From: Rhodothermales bacterium
Lineage (GTDB): Bacteria; Bacteroidota; Rhodothermia; Rhodothermales; JANQRZ01
Direction of reading: 5' to 3'
Assembly (NCBI GenBank): GCA_038232935.1
Contig: JBBSMX010000006.1
Location: forward strand, 1 to 58,576
Length of the DNA stretch: 58,576 bases
Below are positions 56,600 to 58,576 of this stretch, piece after piece. How positions within the stretch are numbered: the stretch's first letter is position 1; each line of letters begins with the position of its first letter. The notes beneath the pieces were generated by a model. The model had not been told where the DNA came from. It saw nothing but the letters and a program-made list of their open reading frames with translations, and did no database searches. The translations under genes were made by a program, and so were the position numbers.

Positions 56600-57763
56600 A
56601 TGGACCTCTTCGCACAGAACGCCCCGACCGATGCTGACGAGCTCCGCGCCCTCGTCGCGCTCTCGCTCGTGCCGGGCGTGGGGCCGGGGCGGATCCGCGC
56701 GCTCCTCGCTCATTTCGGTGCGGCCTCGGCGGTGCTGACGGCCTCGGTCGGAGCGCTCGCGCGGGCGGAGGGCGTCGGGCCGCAGACGGCTCAGGCGATC
56801 CGCAGCTTCGACGGCGACGCCGTCGTCGACGCTCAGTTCGAACAGGCCGCGCGCGTCGGGGCCGAGCTGATCCCGCTGTGGGACGCGCGTTATCCGCGCC
56901 TGCTCCGGCAGATCTACGACCCGCCCGCCGTGCTCTGGCTGCGCGGCGACCTACTTCCGCAGGACGGTCGCGCCATCGCCATCGTCGGGACGCGGCGGGC
57001 GACGGACTACGGCAAGCGCGTCGCGCACCACTTCGCCTTCGAGCTCGCGCAGCGCGGCTTTACCATCGTCAGCGGCCTCGCCTACGGCATCGACGCGGCG
57101 GCGCATCGGGGCGCGCTCGAAGCGGGCGGGCGGACGCTCGCCGTGCTCGGCTCCGGCGTGGACCGGATCTATCCCGGTCGGAACAAGCCCCTCGCCGAGC
57201 AGATCGCTGGCGGGCAGGGCGGCGTCCTCTCGGAGTTCGCCCTCGGCACGAAGCCGGACGCGCCGAACTTCCCGCGCCGCAACCGGATCATTTCGGGCTG
57301 CTCGCTCGGCACGCTCGTCGCCGAGGCGCGGAAGACGGGTGGGGCGCTCATCACCGCGTGGATGGCGCTCGAACAGAACCGCGAGGTGTGGGCTGCCCCC
57401 GCCGCCCTGTTCGCTCCGACGGGCGAGGGCACGAACCAACTCATCCGCAAGGGCTACGCGACCCTCGTGACGACCGTCGACGAACTGCTCGAAGAGCTCG
57501 ACGGGCAACTCGCCGTGCCTGTCGCATCGTCCGGCGCTGCGCCCGCCGGCACACCGGAAGCCGCACCGATCGCCGCGCCGCCGCCCGACCTCAACGGCCC
57601 GGAGCGGAAGCTCTACGACGCGCTCACGACGGAGCCCGTCCACCTCGACACGCTCTGCGAGCGCAGCGGGCTTGACACGTCGAACGCGCTCGTGTACCTG
57701 CTCTCGCTGGAGTTCAAAGGACTCGTCCGGCAGCTTGCGGGCAAACAGTTCTTCCGCGCCTGA
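56600..57763 (+). CDS. dprA: DNA-processing protein DprA
   Basis: AIVGTR, IVSGLAYGIDAAAH, FPRRNRIISG, C-terminal winged helix. Confidence 0.95.
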   Translation: MDLFAQNAPTDADELRALVALSLVPGVGPGRIRALLAHFGAASAVLTASVGALARAEGVGPQTAQAIRSFDGDAVVDAQFEQAARVGAELIPLWDARYPRLLRQIYDPPAVLWLRGDLLPQDGRAIAIVGTRRATDYGKRVAHHFAFELAQRGFTIVSGLAYGIDAAAHRGALEAGGRTLAVLGSGVDRIYPGRNKPLAEQIAGGQGGVLSEFALGTKPDAPNFPRRNRIISGCSLGTLVAEARKTGGALITAWMALEQNREVWAAPAALFAPTGEGTNQLIRKGYATLVTTVDELLEELDGQLAVPVASSGAAPAGTPEAAPIAAPPPDLNGPERKLYDALTTEPVHLDTLCERSGLDTSNALVYLLSLEFKGLVRQLAGKQFFRA

Positions 57764-57820
57764 GCGGATGGCGTCGCCCGCGTTCGGTATCTTGGTGCGC
57801 CTCTCCCCACGGCCCCTCCG

Positions 57821-58576
57821 ATGCTCGCCGCTCTGCAAATCGTCCTGCTCGTCCTCGCGCTCGCCGCGCTCGTCGCCTCCGCGCTGTCGAGCCTGCCGTG
57901 GCCGTACTGGTGGACGCGGATGTTCGACTTCCCGCGCCTTCAGATCTTTGTGATCGCGGCCCTCGTGCTCGCGGTCTATACCGGGGTGAACCTCGCGACG
58001 GGCGACATGGACACGTTCGAGTGGATCGTGGCCGGGTTGCTCGCGCTCGTGCTCGTCTACCAACTCGTGTGGATCGCCCGGTACTCGCGGCTCACGCCGG
58101 TGCAGAGCGAGATGGTGTCGGGCATCCCGCGCGGGCGGCGGCTCCGGCTCCTCATGACGAACGTGTTGATGAAAAACCGCGACTTCGAGAAGTGGCACGC
58201 GGTGGTCGCCCCCGAGGACGCCGACGTGATCGTGGGCGTCGAGACGGACCAGTGGTGGGCCGACCAGATGCGTGTGCTCGAAGCGGACTACCCGCATAAA
58301 AAGGAGATCCCGCAGGACGACACGTATGGGATGGTGGTCTACTCGCGGTTCCCGCTCGAAGATCTCGAAGTCAAGCGGCTCGTCGAGGACGAGGTGCCGA
58401 GCGTGTGGGCGCGTGTGCGGCTCCCGGGCGGCCCCCGCGTCCAGCTCGTCTTCGTCCACCCGCGCCCCCCGCGCCCGGACATCGGGCAGGACTCGTACCT
58501 CCGCGACGCCGAGCTCGTCCTCGTAGCCCGCGCCGTCGAGCCGCTGGAGCGGCCCGTCGTCGTGGCGGGCGACTTC
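57821..58576 (+). CDS. Endonuclease/exonuclease/phosphatase family membrane protein, 3'-truncated by window
   Basis: N-terminal TMs (WWTRMFDFPRLQ), MTNV, DVIVGVE, HPRPP, VVAGDF at window end; open frame not in ORF track because it has no stop. Confidence 0.85.
   Translation, partial: MLAALQIVLLVLALAALVASALSSLPWPYWWTRMFDFPRLQIFVIAALVLAVYTGVNLATGDMDTFEWIVAGLLALVLVYQLVWIARYSRLTPVQSEMVSGIPRGRRLRLLMTNVLMKNRDFEKWHAVVAPEDADVIVGVETDQWWADQMRVLEADYPHKKEIPQDDTYGMVVYSRFPLEDLEVKRLVEDEVPSVWARVRLPGGPRVQLVFVHPRPPRPDIGQDSYLRDAELVLVARAVEPLERPVVVAGDF

Overview
GC-rich bacterial chromosomal window. Gene content (short CarB, FolK-deoxynucleoside kinase fusion, TPR/TBDR-like/HU-SPOR/ExbBD operon, DUF5916) suggests the FCB group, probably Rhodothermota; this is an inference. 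Bases 1-11.6 kb are the distal end of a phage-tail-like extracellular contractile injection system (eCIS) locus: baseplate/tail-type genes, a DUF6519-type gene, a membrane-anchored lectin-like protein and two tandem DUF4157 proteins with unrelated beta-barrel-like C-termini. The rest is mostly housekeeping (exbBD operon, PfkB kinase, multiheme cytochrome-TPR, folB/folK, tonB, carAB, SCP2-phasin-WS/DGAT lipid storage genes, pssA, purS, clpS, TRAP transporter, rnhA, obgE, dprA) plus a small defence patch (RHH-PIN toxin-antitoxin, single-chain N6-MTase/type ISP-like RM gene). The most striking unexplained signal is a ~590 nt stretch (about 37361-37950) with no credible ORF. It has a sigma70-like promoter, a long-range closing helix, many UUCG/GNRA hairpins and a terminal hairpin, so it is a candidate large structured ncRNA; two DnaA boxes and an AT-rich tract lie upstream. 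Other oddities: an in-frame multi-deleted psd remnant, a (GC)n-slippage frameshift in yigZ, an in-frame TAG in the first tail gene, and a dispersed family of 7-nt-periodic inverted repeats, two of them translated inside signal peptides. No rRNA, tRNA or CRISPR array was seen.
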